A stretch of DNA of 64,000 nucleotides from an uncultured Bacteroidales bacterium (GTDB lineage Bacteria > Bacteroidota > Bacteroidia > Bacteroidales > DTU049). Positions within the stretch are counted from its first letter, which is position 1, and each line of letters starts with the position of its first letter. The notes beneath the pieces were generated by a model. The model saw only the letters and a list, made by a program, of their open reading frames with translations, was not told the origin of the DNA and searched no databases. The DNA is taken from positions 17,065 to 81,064 of the forward strand of contig CAZKDV010000001.1 in NCBI GenBank assembly GCA_964551645.1, written 5' to 3'. Of this stretch, positions 37,832 to 48,275 are shown in pieces. A program made the translations under genes and the position numbers.

Positions 37832-39448
37832 ATGGCGTCAAAAAACTGTCCAGAAACCCCCAGACAACGAATGATAGCTATGATGTACCTTGTACTTACG
37901 GCATTATTAGCTCTCAATGTATCAGCTGATGTACTAAACTCTTTTGTTGTTGTAAATGAAGGAATAGTTGCAACAAATCAAATTTTCTCTAAAAAAGTAG
38001 AAGCATCTTATAGTATTTTTGAAGCTGCCATGGCAGAGAATCCTGAGAAAACTAGAACTGCTTACAACAAAGCAATGGAAGTAAAACAAATGTCTATTGA
38101 CATGGTTGATTACATTGAAAACCTAAAAGCAGAACTAATTTCTCTAACTGAAGGAATCTCTATTGAAGAGGCAAAAACAATTAGTGCCTCAAAATTAAGA
38201 AAAAGAGACAACTATGATATTCCAACCACATTCTTAATTGGGCAAGACCAAACGACAGGAAAAGATGGACGAGCAAATATGCTCAAAGAAAAAATAATTG
38301 AATATAAAACATCTATTATAAATGTATTAGATGAAAGTTCTAGAGATAAAGTAAACTTAACATTGAATGTTGATGATATGCCATCATCATTAGATAAAAA
38401 TGTTACAAGAACATGGGAAATTGGTTCTTTTTATAAAATAGTTCAAATAGCATGTGTTGCTATTTTAAATAAATTAGTTTTAGAAGTAAGAAATTCCGAA
38501 GCAGATGTTATTGCACAATTATATGCTGATGTTGATGCTGGAGACTTTAAATTTAACAAAATTTCTGCTAAAGTCGTTCCTAAAAGTAATTTCGTAATTA
38601 CAGGTGGAGAATTTGAAGCTGAAATATTTGTAGCTGCTTACGATACACTTACTTCTCCTGAAGTTATTATTGGTTCTGGGATTGATACAACCGGTGGTGC
38701 AGTTAAAGTTTTAGGCGCTCCAAGAACATTAGAAGGAGAAAATGGCATTGTAAAATATAAAACAATTGCTAGTGGTGTTGGCGTACAAACTTATGGCGGA
38801 GTAATTAATGTACCCCTACCTACTGGAGGAAAAAAATCTTATCCCTTTAAAGGAGAATACGCCGTAGCCGCCCCTACTGCAACAGTTTCTGCCGACAAAA
38901 TGAATGTATTTTATATAGGAGTTGACAATCCTGTTTCTATTTCTGTTCCTGGAATTCCTAATGATAAGGTAAAACCTTCAATAACAAATGGAAGAATGAG
39001 TTCAACGGGAAGCGGTAAATATAATGTTCGTGTTGAAAGTGGAAACGAAGCAACTATTAATGTGTCAGCAGAAATGGATGGACAAGTAAGATCTATGGGT
39101 TCATTTAAATTTAGAATTCGTAGAGTTCCTGATCCAGTTCCATATATCGCAAGTATTAGAGAAGGAAATATCCCTAAAGGAAATCTTATTGCAAGTCCTA
39201 TTATTATTCCAAGAATGGAAAATTTTGAGTTTGACCTTAACTTTACCATCGTTTCATATAGATTTATTATTACACAGCCCGGTGGCGACATTATTGAAAG
39301 AGATGGTTCAGGTGGAAGATTAACACAAGAAATGATTAATTATATTAACAACGCAAGAAGAGGGACAAGATGTTATATAGAAAATATTAGAGCTCAAGGT
39401 CCTGACGGAACACGCGGTGTTGCCCCAATCAGTTTAAGAATTATTTAA
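37832..39448 (+). CDS. gldM: T9SS/gliding protein GldM (PorM)
   Basis: The N-terminus TPRQRMIAMMYLVLTALLALNVS is the GldM signature. It has a single TM and a long periplasmic region of 538 aa. Confidence 0.9.
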   Translation: MASKNCPETPRQRMIAMMYLVLTALLALNVSADVLNSFVVVNEGIVATNQIFSKKVEASYSIFEAAMAENPEKTRTAYNKAMEVKQMSIDMVDYIENLKAELISLTEGISIEEAKTISASKLRKRDNYDIPTTFLIGQDQTTGKDGRANMLKEKIIEYKTSIINVLDESSRDKVNLTLNVDDMPSSLDKNVTRTWEIGSFYKIVQIACVAILNKLVLEVRNSEADVIAQLYADVDAGDFKFNKISAKVVPKSNFVITGGEFEAEIFVAAYDTLTSPEVIIGSGIDTTGGAVKVLGAPRTLEGENGIVKYKTIASGVGVQTYGGVINVPLPTGGKKSYPFKGEYAVAAPTATVSADKMNVFYIGVDNPVSISVPGIPNDKVKPSITNGRMSSTGSGKYNVRVESGNEATINVSAEMDGQVRSMGSFKFRIRRVPDPVPYIASIREGNIPKGNLIASPIIIPRMENFEFDLNFTIVSYRFIITQPGGDIIERDGSGGRLTQEMINYINNARRGTRCYIENIRAQGPDGTRGVAPISLRII

Positions 39449-39466
39449 AAAAAACAGGAGGTTATC

Positions 39467-40300
39467 ATGAAACGCTTCTTTTTGATTTGCATAACATTTT
39501 TCTCTTTCAGTGCATTTGCACAAGTTATAGATGCTCCTCCTATTACAACTGGAGCATGGGAAAAAGAATATGTCGCAAGCAGAAAACCAATTCCTTATTC
39601 GCATTTGCGTGAAGCAGATGTTCTTTGGGGAAAAAGAATTTGGAGAGTGATTGATTTAAGAGAAAAAATGAATCACCCACTATATTATCCAACTCAACCT
39701 ACTGCTGGTCGTGTTAATTTAATGACAGTTATCTTTGACGGACTTAAAGAAGGAGAGATTAAAGCATATTCTGCTGACGATTTTCAATTAGAAATGAGTT
39801 ATAATGAAATCATGAACTCTCTCGAAAGACGAGATTCAATAGTTGCATACCGAGAAGAACCTCCTCACGATCAATATGATACTGTTATTGTACAACCATT
39901 TGATCCGGGTTCAGTTATGATGTTTAGAGTTCAAGAAGATTGGTTTATTGATAAACAACGCTCCGTGATGGATGTTAGGATTCGTGGACTTTGCCCACTT
40001 AGAGCAAGTTATGATGCTGACGGAAATGTTAGAGGTTATAGTCAATTATTCTGGATTTATTTTCCATACGCAAGAGAACTTTTTGCTAAAAATGAAATTT
40101 ACAATAGACATAACGATGCTGCACGAATGAGTTTTGATGACTTATTCTTTAAAAGAATGTTTTCAAGTTATATTATTAAAGAAACTAATGTTTACGATAG
40201 ATCTATTGCGGAATATGCCCTCGGACTTGATGGCTTGCTTGAAGCTGAACGAATCAAAGAAGAGTTATTTATTATGGAACACGATTTGTGGGAATACTAA
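39467..40300 (+). CDS. gldN: T9SS/gliding periplasmic protein GldN (PorN)
   Basis: Signal peptide plus LREADVLWGKRIWRVIDLREKMNHPLYYP, a conserved GldN block. It occupies the last position in the gldKLMN order. Confidence 0.85.
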   Translation: MKRFFLICITFFSFSAFAQVIDAPPITTGAWEKEYVASRKPIPYSHLREADVLWGKRIWRVIDLREKMNHPLYYPTQPTAGRVNLMTVIFDGLKEGEIKAYSADDFQLEMSYNEIMNSLERRDSIVAYREEPPHDQYDTVIVQPFDPGSVMMFRVQEDWFIDKQRSVMDVRIRGLCPLRASYDADGNVRGYSQLFWIYFPYARELFAKNEIYNRHNDAARMSFDDLFFKRMFSSYIIKETNVYDRSIAEYALGLDGLLEAERIKEELFIMEHDLWEY

Positions 40301-40313
40301 GATATTTTTATCA

Positions 40314-40344
40314 TAAAAAAGAGGACTAAAGTCCTCTTTTTTTT
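40314..40344. terminator. Bidirectional rho-independent terminator shared by gldN and polA
   Basis: Stem agaggac (40320-40326) / gtcctct (40331-40337), loop taaa. It is flanked by an A-run on the left and a T-run on the right, and the T-run overlaps the polA stop codon. Confidence 0.7.
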
Positions 40345-43123
40345 AATGTGCAATTAACCAATTGGCACCAAAGTTAATATCAATCTCTATCGGTACATCA
40401 AAACAAAAAGCTGTAACCATTTCTTCTTTCACAAGTTGCTTCATTACTTCAATTTCTGAGATTTCTGTATCAAACAACAACTCATCATGAATTTGCAAAA
40501 TCATTCTTGACTTAAGTTGCTCCTCTTGAATTCTATTCTGTATCAAAATCATTGCAACTTTAATAATGTCAGCTGCAGAACCTTGAATAGGTGCATTGAT
40601 TGCACTTCTTTCGGCAAAACCCCTGACAAATGCGTTTGATGATTTTATATTAGGAATAATCCTTTTTCGATTTTTGATTGTCTCCACAAACCCATGTACT
40701 TTTGCAAATTCTACCGTTTCATCAATAAACTTTTTAACTTTTGGGTATTGAATAAAATATGTTTCAATCAATATATCTGACTCTTTTTTTGAAATTCCTA
40801 ATCTTTCAGACAAACCAAAACCAGAAATACCATATATAATTCCAAAATTAACAGTTTTTGCATTTCTTCTATGTTCTGAATTAATCTCCTCAATTGGAAT
40901 ATTATAAATTCTTGAAGCTGTTGCCTTGTGAATGTCAATTCCATTTGTAAAGTCTTCAATCATATTTTCATCTTGGCTCATTGCAGCAATAATTCTTAGC
41001 TCAATTTGAGAATAATCTGCTGAAAGAATCAAATAATTGCTATTTCTCGGAATAAAAGCTTTTCGAATTTCTTGTCCCAATTCAGTACGAATTGGAATAT
41101 TTTGCAAGTTTGGATTTGAAGATGAAAGTCTGCCTGTTGAAGTAACTGTTTGATTAATAGTGCTATGGATTCTGCCTGTTGCATGATGAATATTTTTGGG
41201 CAATGCATCTACATAAGTTGTTTTTAGCTTATTAATTGTTCGATGTTCTAATATATATGGTATTATCGGATGCTTGTCTTTAAATTTTAATAATACTTCT
41301 TCTCCAGTTGAATATTGTTTAGTTTTTGTTTTAGGGGGATTGTTTGTAATAGCTAATTTTTCAAACAACACCTCACCTAATTGCTTTGGTGACGCAAGGT
41401 TGAAATTAGTTCCTGAAAGTTTGAAAATTTCATTTTCTAAAAAAATTAGCTGTTCTTGTAATTTCATTGAGAACTTTGCTAATTCTTCTGTATTAATAGT
41501 TATTCCTTCCTCTTCAATTTGGGCAAGTACAGAAACTAAAGGCATTTCAATATCATAAAATAGTTTGATTAGTCCATTTTGTTTTAACTCAATTTCAAGC
41601 AAATTTTTCAACCTCAATGCTATATCAGCATTTTCACATGAATAATCCTTCATTATTTCTATTGGAACTCGCAATAACTGCTCTGTGCCTATATTTTTAA
41701 AAGGTAAAATATCTTCAAAAGCAATCGGTTTATGAGATAAATATGTTTCTGAAAGATAAATCAAACTGTGTTTTACATCTTGGTTTACTAAATAGTGTGC
41801 AATCATTGTATCAAAACACGGTGATTTTACAAGAATGCCGTATTTCTTTAACAGTTTATAATCAAACTTTAAATCGTGAGCAACCTTCATTATTGATGGT
41901 GATTCGAAAATTTCTCTTAAAAAAACTGAAAGTTTTTTTAGAGTAAAAGTAGTATCATTAAAAGCTAAATAATATGCTTTTCCCTCCTCAATGCAAAAAC
42001 TTATTCCGATTACTATGTCTGTAAAAGGGTCTAATCCACTTGTTTCCGTATTAAAGGCAAAACATTTGCAAGTTTGTAATAATTCAATCAATTTAGCAAA
42101 ATCATCAAGATTATTAATTAATTGATAATTGCTATTGTCAAATGTTTTAGGAATTAAATAAGGTATTTTTGCATTAGTTTGACTGAACAAATCTCCTTGA
42201 ATGCCATATCTAATAGAAGCAATTTCAGGTTGATTTGCATAAAAAGCATCATGAAATCGTTTTGAAAAAGTTCGGAATTCAAGCTCTTTGAATAACTCCA
42301 TAATTTCTGTTGGTTCGGGGACAGACCACTTAAGCTCATCAGCATAAAACGAAATCGGAGTGTCTGTAGCAATTGTTGCTAAATTTTTTGAAAATATGGC
42401 TTGATTACTATACTTTTTAACAAGTTCTCTCAATTTATTATTTTCAATCGCATCTGAATTTTTTATTAAGTTTTCAATACTTCCATATTCTTGAAGTAGC
42501 CTTTTTGCTTTTACCTCACCAATCCCCGGAACACCAGGAATATTATCAGAAGCATCGCCCCAAAGTCCAAGAATATCTATAAGTTGAGTTGGACTATCTA
42601 TCGAATATTTTGAACATACCTCTTTTACTCCTATTTTCTCAGCTGATTTTCCTTGTTTTCCAGGTCTATAAATAAAAATATTATCACTGACAAGCTGTCC
42701 AAAGTCTTTGTCTGAAGTCATCATATATACAGTAAATCCTTCTGCTTCTCCTTTTTTAGCAAGTGTGCCAATTATATCATCAGCTTCAAAGCCATCCATA
42801 GCAAAAGTAGGAATTGACATCTTATTAAGCATTTCCTTAATATAAGGAATAGAAATTGCTATATCTTCAGGCATGGCATCGCGTTGTGCTTTATACTCCT
42901 CATATTCCTCATGTCGAAAAGTTGGAGCTGCCGAATCAAAAGCTACTCCAATATGAGTAGGTTTTTCATTCTTTAAAATATCTAATAACATATTTGCAAA
43001 ACCAAGTATTGCCGAAGTATTTAATCCTTTGCTGTTTATTATTGGCGACTTACTTAAAGCAAAATATGCCCTATATATCATTGACATCGCATCAATCAAA
43101 AACAAAGTTTTTGTGTTACTCAT
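40343..43123 (-). CDS. polA: DNA polymerase I
   Basis: It has a 5-prime nuclease N-terminus and a 3-5 exonuclease-like middle. Pol motifs DYSQIELR and QIHDELLF are present; 926 aa. Confidence 0.95.
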   Translation of the reverse strand: MSNTKTLFLIDAMSMIYRAYFALSKSPIINSKGLNTSAILGFANMLLDILKNEKPTHIGVAFDSAAPTFRHEEYEEYKAQRDAMPEDIAISIPYIKEMLNKMSIPTFAMDGFEADDIIGTLAKKGEAEGFTVYMMTSDKDFGQLVSDNIFIYRPGKQGKSAEKIGVKEVCSKYSIDSPTQLIDILGLWGDASDNIPGVPGIGEVKAKRLLQEYGSIENLIKNSDAIENNKLRELVKKYSNQAIFSKNLATIATDTPISFYADELKWSVPEPTEIMELFKELEFRTFSKRFHDAFYANQPEIASIRYGIQGDLFSQTNAKIPYLIPKTFDNSNYQLINNLDDFAKLIELLQTCKCFAFNTETSGLDPFTDIVIGISFCIEEGKAYYLAFNDTTFTLKKLSVFLREIFESPSIMKVAHDLKFDYKLLKKYGILVKSPCFDTMIAHYLVNQDVKHSLIYLSETYLSHKPIAFEDILPFKNIGTEQLLRVPIEIMKDYSCENADIALRLKNLLEIELKQNGLIKLFYDIEMPLVSVLAQIEEEGITINTEELAKFSMKLQEQLIFLENEIFKLSGTNFNLASPKQLGEVLFEKLAITNNPPKTKTKQYSTGEEVLLKFKDKHPIIPYILEHRTINKLKTTYVDALPKNIHHATGRIHSTINQTVTSTGRLSSSNPNLQNIPIRTELGQEIRKAFIPRNSNYLILSADYSQIELRIIAAMSQDENMIEDFTNGIDIHKATASRIYNIPIEEINSEHRRNAKTVNFGIIYGISGFGLSERLGISKKESDILIETYFIQYPKVKKFIDETVEFAKVHGFVETIKNRKRIIPNIKSSNAFVRGFAERSAINAPIQGSAADIIKVAMILIQNRIQEEQLKSRMILQIHDELLFDTEISEIEVMKQLVKEEMVTAFCFDVPIEIDINFGANWLIAH

Positions 43124-43150
43124 AATCTTAATATTTATTTGATAAAATTA

Positions 43151-43158
43151 CAAAAATA
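43151..43158 (-). promoter_or_regulatory. -7 promoter box TATTTTTG for polA
   Basis: The plus-strand caaaaata is the reverse complement of TAnnTTTG, 28 nt upstream of the ATG at 43123. Confidence 0.45.
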
Positions 43159-43227
43159 ACTTTTAGTATTTATGTATTCTTTTATGCTTGAAAAAAAGCC
43201 ATTCTATAAACACTAAGAAAAAAACAA

Positions 43228-43235
43228 TAAATTTG
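43228..43235 (+). promoter_or_regulatory. -7 promoter box TAAATTTG for the phosphoesterase gene
   Basis: Matches TAnnTTTG, 19 nt upstream of the ATG at 43254. Confidence 0.45.
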
Positions 43236-43253
43236 CATTTCAAGAACTAAGTA

Positions 43254-43751
43254 ATGAAGTATCGAATTGGCGTATTGTCTGACACTCACGGCTATCTCTC
43301 TCCATCTGTCAAAACATTTATTTCTAATTGTGATGAAATTTGGCATTGTGGAGATATTGGCAGTTTTCAAATAAGCGATGAGCTTAGCTCCATTGCCAAA
43401 CTAAGATGTGTAGCCGGAAATATTGACGATATGAACATTGCAAAAGAGTTTGGGTATGAACAACTATTTAAAATAGACGACTGTCTAATAGGAATATTGC
43501 ATATAGGTGGACATCCCAATAAATATTCAAAACAAGCCATAGAGTTTATAAAAAAAAACAAACCCAATATTTTGTGCTGTGGACATAGCCATATTTTGAA
43601 AATAATGTACGACAAAACCAATGAATTGCTATACATTAATCCAGGGGCTGCCGGAAAATTTGGTTTTCATCAACAAATAACTGCGGTTAGATTTATACTT
43701 GATAATGGTGTTCCCAAAGAAATGGAAATTATAGATATTGAAAAAGTATAA
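43254..43751 (+). CDS. YfcE/MJ0936-family metallophosphoesterase
   Basis: Motifs GVLSDTHG, HCGDIG, AGNID and CCGHSH; 165 aa. Confidence 0.85.
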   Translation: MKYRIGVLSDTHGYLSPSVKTFISNCDEIWHCGDIGSFQISDELSSIAKLRCVAGNIDDMNIAKEFGYEQLFKIDDCLIGILHIGGHPNKYSKQAIEFIKKNKPNILCCGHSHILKIMYDKTNELLYINPGAAGKFGFHQQITAVRFILDNGVPKEMEIIDIEKV

Positions 43752-43790
43752 AAAAGTATTTAAACCAAATTTTTGAAAATCAATTTTAAT

Positions 43791-44546
43791 TTAAGTTGGA
43801 ATAAAAAAGAAATTCTGGGTTTGTTGATTATAAAAATCAGTTAAATTATTGTGTTCAATTACTTTAGGAGTATAATTAAGTGATCCCATAAAATCAAATA
43901 TTTCTTTCCGCTGTTTACCAGGCCATAACTCACAGTAAATAATTGGTGAATTTTTATTAATCAATTTAACAGCTCCCTTCAATACACTTAACTCATGTCC
44001 TTCAACATCAATTTTAATAGCTGTAATTCTCTTTATAGAATTACTCAATTCATCAACATTATCAAGTTGTTTACAGGGAACTTTAAAGATTTCCCCTTCT
44101 TCATTTATTATATTAATATCTTTAACCACATGACTCAATCCTTGCTTTTTTGCAGTATCAATTATTGGAAGTATCATATCAATTTCACCCTCAAAATTAC
44201 TTAAAGCGCATTCATACAAGTTGACATTTTTGAGTTTGAAAAACTTAACTATACGCTTTAATGTTTTTATATTACAAGGGATAGGCTCAAAAGAATATAT
44301 CTCTGAATATTTTAAACGCTTTGCAAAATGGGCCGTCATAACTCCAATATTAGCCCCTATATCAAGTACAATTCCATCATCATGAATTATGTCAAATAAT
44401 TTTAGAAAATCTTTTTCATTTTTATCCCATCTTAATTTATAGTACATAAATAATGAGAAGATAAATAAATAATTTTCAAAACCAAAAATCCTTTGTAAAA
44501 GCGATATTATTTTATTTTTCATATATTTTTGTATTTTAACAAACAT
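43791..44546 (-). CDS. FkbM-family SAM-dependent methyltransferase
   Basis: LDIGANIGVMT (SAM motif I) and IKIDVEGHELSVLKG (FkbM hallmark). The start could alternatively be the ATG at 44522. Confidence 0.8.
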   Translation of the reverse strand: MFVKIQKYMKNKIISLLQRIFGFENYLFIFSLFMYYKLRWDKNEKDFLKLFDIIHDDGIVLDIGANIGVMTAHFAKRLKYSEIYSFEPIPCNIKTLKRIVKFFKLKNVNLYECALSNFEGEIDMILPIIDTAKKQGLSHVVKDINIINEEGEIFKVPCKQLDNVDELSNSIKRITAIKIDVEGHELSVLKGAVKLINKNSPIIYCELWPGKQRKEIFDFMGSLNYTPKVIEHNNLTDFYNQQTQNFFFIPT

Positions 44547-44749
44547 AGGGTAAACTATAGAAAATCAGTTTTAATTCCAGAAAAATACAAACCTCTTTAC
44601 ATTTTTTAAAATCGTTTTCAAATATACAATAATTATTTAACAACCAAAATATTCAATAACAAAATCCTCATAAGAAATAACTTTCTAATCATCAATTTAA
44701 CAGCTAATTATCAAAGAATTGTATTTTATTTAATTCCATAAAATAATCG

Positions 44750-44757
44750 TAATTTTG
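44750..44757 (+). promoter_or_regulatory. -7 promoter box TAATTTTG for yidD
   Basis: Matches TAnnTTTG, 17 nt upstream of the ATG at 44774. Confidence 0.45.
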
Positions 44758-44773
44758 TAGCGTTTTTTTAACT

Positions 44774-44986
44774 ATGCTAAGTAAATTATTCATTCTTTTA
44801 ATAAAATTTTATCAGCGAACTATTTCTGTTTTACTTCCTCCTAGCTGCAGATTTACACCTAGTTGTTCTAACTATGCAATTGAGGCTTTAAAAAAACATG
44901 GACTTTTTAAAGGCAGTTTCTTGACAATCAAGCGAATTAGTCGCTGTCATCCGTGGGGAGGCAGTGGTCATGACCCTGTTCCATAA
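44774..44986 (+). CDS. yidD: Membrane protein insertion efficiency factor YidD
   Basis: [31 protein letters not shown]...CHPW..GHDPVP; 70 aa. Confidence 0.9.
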   Translation: MLSKLFILLIKFYQRTISVLLPPSCRFTPSCSNYAIEALKKHGLFKGSFLTIKRISRCHPWGGSGHDPVP

Positions 44987-45018
44987 AACGACAATTAATT
45001 ACAACTAATTTAATTAAA

Positions 45019-46683
45019 ATGAAAAAAACTTTCAGAAATCCATTAATTATTGTACTTGCTATAATATTTTCGGGCATTATAGCTTTATCTGCTATTAAAC
45101 AAACTACTTCAGATTTTGAAATAAGCAAAAATTTAGAAATATTTATAAAACTATATAAAGAACTTAATAATAACTATGTTGATGAAATTAATCCAGGACA
45201 ATTAATAAAAACTGGTATTGATGAAATGTTAAAATCTCTTGATCCGTATACTAATTTCATACCCGAATCAGATATTGAAGATATTCGTTTAATGACCACA
45301 GGACAATACGGAGGCATAGGTGCATTAGTTCAGCAACGAACTGATTATATAGTAATTAGCGAACCTTATGAGGGCTTTCCTGCACATAAAGCAGGACTTA
45401 AAGCAGGTGATGAAATCCTTGAAGTAAATGGAGAATCTGCCAAAAACAAAAAAGTTAGCGATGTTAGTACAATATTAAAAGGCGCTCCCGGAACAAAAGT
45501 AAAGTTGAAAATAAATAGACCTATTGAAAACAAACAACATATATTTGAAATTACAAGAGAAGATGTTAAAATTAAGAATGTTGCCTATTCGACAGTATTA
45601 GACGATAATACTGCTTACATTAAATTAACCAGCTTTACGGTGGGTGCATCACAAGAAGTTAAAAGTGCATTGCTTGAGCTGAAGTCTAAACACAATATAA
45701 CATCTTTAATTTTTGATTTAAGAGGCAATGGTGGTGGTTTGCTAAACGAAGCAATTAATATTGTTAATATTTTCATTCCTCAAAATACTCTTGTTGTTAA
45801 AACCAAAGGAAAATTGAAAGATAGCAATAAAGAATACTTAACCATGAATACGGCTGTAGATACCGAAATACCAATAGCTATTCTCATTGATGGGCATAGT
45901 GCTTCTGCTAGTGAAATTGTTGCCGGAGCCATTCAGGATTTTGACAGAGGAGTTATTATCGGGAGTCAATCATTTGGAAAAGGATTAGTACAAAACATTA
46001 TTCCGTTAAATTACAATACACGACTTAAAGTTACAGTTGCAAAATATTATATTCCAAGCGGAAGATGTATTCAGTCGGTAGATTACTTCGATAAAGACAC
46101 TTTGACAAATAAGCGTAAAAATGCTATTGATACTAACTTAACAGTTTTTTACACAAAAAATAAACGAGCTGTTTATGATGCCGGAGGCATTATCCCCGAT
46201 ATAAGCACGGAAAAAGAAGATGCTGCACAAATTACCATCAGCTTAATAACAAAACATCTGTTTTTTGACTTTGCAACATATTATACAAACAAATATTCTG
46301 AAATTGGCGAAGCTCTAAATTTTTCAATTACTGATAATATTTACAATCAATTTGTTGAATATCTGAAAGATAAAGATTACGATTATGTTACGGAAACCGA
46401 AAAAAAACTTGAAGACTTGCAAAGTATAGCAAAAAAAGAAAAATATTACGATAATATTGAAGATGTTTATGTACAAATGTTATCTAAATTAACTCACAAT
46501 AAAGAAGAAGATCTTAACACTTTTAGAAAACAAATTTCTGAAGTACTTGGAAGTGAATTAATTTCACGATATTATTTCCAGAAAGGAAGAATAGAATTTT
46601 CATTAAAACATGACAAAGATATTGAAAAAGCACTATCACTTTTAAAAGATAAAACATCATATAAAAATATATTGTTACCCTAA
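45019..46683 (+). CDS. S41-family C-terminal processing peptidase with PDZ domain
   Basis: PDZ (GLKAGDEILEVNG), DLRGNGGG and catalytic SASASE...K context. An N-terminal TM anchor is present. Confidence 0.88.
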   Translation: MKKTFRNPLIIVLAIIFSGIIALSAIKQTTSDFEISKNLEIFIKLYKELNNNYVDEINPGQLIKTGIDEMLKSLDPYTNFIPESDIEDIRLMTTGQYGGIGALVQQRTDYIVISEPYEGFPAHKAGLKAGDEILEVNGESAKNKKVSDVSTILKGAPGTKVKLKINRPIENKQHIFEITREDVKIKNVAYSTVLDDNTAYIKLTSFTVGASQEVKSALLELKSKHNITSLIFDLRGNGGGLLNEAINIVNIFIPQNTLVVKTKGKLKDSNKEYLTMNTAVDTEIPIAILIDGHSASASEIVAGAIQDFDRGVIIGSQSFGKGLVQNIIPLNYNTRLKVTVAKYYIPSGRCIQSVDYFDKDTLTNKRKNAIDTNLTVFYTKNKRAVYDAGGIIPDISTEKEDAAQITISLITKHLFFDFATYYTNKYSEIGEALNFSITDNIYNQFVEYLKDKDYDYVTETEKKLEDLQSIAKKEKYYDNIEDVYVQMLSKLTHNKEEDLNTFRKQISEVLGSELISRYYFQKGRIEFSLKHDKDIEKALSLLKDKTSYKNILLP

Positions 46684-46697
46684 ACGCAACAATAGTA

Positions 46698-48275
46698 ATG
46701 CTTAAATTATCTATTGACTGGTTAAAATTATCCCTAAACAGATACTTGTTTTTGATATTTGCTTTTTTAATAGGATTACTATTTTCAAAGTTTTTATTAA
46801 GCGTTACATTATTTTTTCTTGTCGGTAATTGGATATTTGAAGGTGAGCTAAAAAAGAAAATATTAGTTTTATTTCGCAATAAAGCTGCAATATTTTTTTT
46901 GCTAATATTTGCTTTACATATTGTTGGATTAATTTATACTTCAGATTTTAATTATGCTCTAAAAGATCTTAGAGTTAAACTCCCTTTACTTGTACTTCCT
47001 ATAGTTTTTGGAAGTATTGAACCTTTTCCTCAAAAATATATCAAACAAATTATTCGTTTTTTCGTACTTTTAGTACTTGTATCTTCCATTTTTTCAATTG
47101 TTACATATTACCAAGCTCCTCATCTTGCTCACAGAAACACATCTCCTTTTATTCATCACATTAGGTTTAGCTTACTTGTAACAATAGCTTTCTTTTTTGT
47201 TATTTATGAAGCATTATGCAAAAAAAGCAAATCCTTTTCAATTCAACTTTTGTATTGGCTAATAGCTTCGTATCTTTTTTTGTTTATATTGCTATTCCTT
47301 GGTTCTATCAATGGAATAGTGATTTTTGCTTTCACTTTATTTTGGTGGATAGGATATTTTATATTTAAAAACAAGTCAATAACATTCAAAATTATATCCG
47401 TAATTGGTATTTTGAGTATTAGCTACCTACTCATCATTTGGCTATTCCAATTTAAAAACAACTATTTTCCTCCCCAAAAATCATTATCTTTCCCTCTTGA
47501 AGAATATACAGCACAAGGCACACCGTACTTTCATGGACTTGAAGCAAATGTTTATGAAAATGGCAATCCAATCCATATTTATGTTTGTGAAGAAGAATTA
47601 GAAAAAGAATGGAGCAAAAGAGATAATAACATTAGTTTTAATGAATTATTTAATGAAAAACATCAAATTAAAGATGTGCTAATAAGGTATATGACTTCCA
47701 AAGGGCTAAAAAAAGACTCTGTTGGATTTAGCCAACTCAACGAAAAAGACATACATTACATTATCAACGGAGTAACACATTACAAACTTGCAGGAAAAAA
47801 ACCAATTATCAGCCGATTATATGAATTATATTGGGGATATTACAATAAAAACAGCAAAGGCTTGGCTAATGATAATTCTTTATTGCTTCGACTACAATAT
47901 TGGAAAGTCTCTGTAATGATTATTCAACAATATCCCATATTTGGAGTAGGAACTGGAGATATTAAACATGCGTTTAAAGAGCAATACGATAAAATTAATA
48001 CTACACTTGAACCCAATAAGCAAAGGCGTTCGCACAATCAATATTTGTCTATATCTGTTACTTTTGGACTGTTTGGGCTATTTGTATTTATATTTGCGCT
48101 CACTTATCCTGCAATTATTAACAAGAGGTTTAATTCTTTCCACTTCACTACCGTTTTTATAATACTTTTACTATCAATGATTACAGAAGATACTATTGAA
48201 ACACAAGTTGGAGTTAGTATTTTTAGTTTTTTCTATTGTTTCTTTCTCGAAAACAATCCATCTATTGAAAACTAA
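46698..48275 (+). CDS. O-antigen ligase-like polytopic membrane protein with large soluble insert
   Basis: Many TM segments and a late GVGTGD ... RRSHNQYL motif typical of the O-antigen ligase domain. A soluble insert of about 150 aa lies between TM blocks. Confidence 0.6.
   Translation: MLKLSIDWLKLSLNRYLFLIFAFLIGLLFSKFLLSVTLFFLVGNWIFEGELKKKILVLFRNKAAIFFLLIFALHIVGLIYTSDFNYALKDLRVKLPLLVLPIVFGSIEPFPQKYIKQIIRFFVLLVLVSSIFSIVTYYQAPHLAHRNTSPFIHHIRFSLLVTIAFFFVIYEALCKKSKSFSIQLLYWLIASYLFLFILLFLGSINGIVIFAFTLFWWIGYFIFKNKSITFKIISVIGILSISYLLIIWLFQFKNNYFPPQKSLSFPLEEYTAQGTPYFHGLEANVYENGNPIHIYVCEEELEKEWSKRDNNISFNELFNEKHQIKDVLIRYMTSKGLKKDSVGFSQLNEKDIHYIINGVTHYKLAGKKPIISRLYELYWGYYNKNSKGLANDNSLLLRLQYWKVSVMIIQQYPIFGVGTGDIKHAFKEQYDKINTTLEPNKQRRSHNQYLSISVTFGLFGLFVFIFALTYPAIINKRFNSFHFTTVFIILLLSMITEDTIETQVGVSIFSFFYCFFLENNPSIEN

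Noticed and set aside
38911-39291. 126-aa minus-strand ORF inside gldM.
   Set aside because: It is antisense to a confidently identified gldM and has no start context or motif.
43182-43370. 62-aa minus-strand ORF across the polA/phosphoesterase promoter region.
   Set aside because: It overlaps the divergent promoter boxes and the 5-prime end of a motif-supported gene, and the product is unremarkable.
46523-46879. 118-aa minus-strand ORF spanning the S41 peptidase / O-antigen-ligase-like junction.
   Set aside because: It overlaps two well-supported plus-strand genes, and the product is low complexity.
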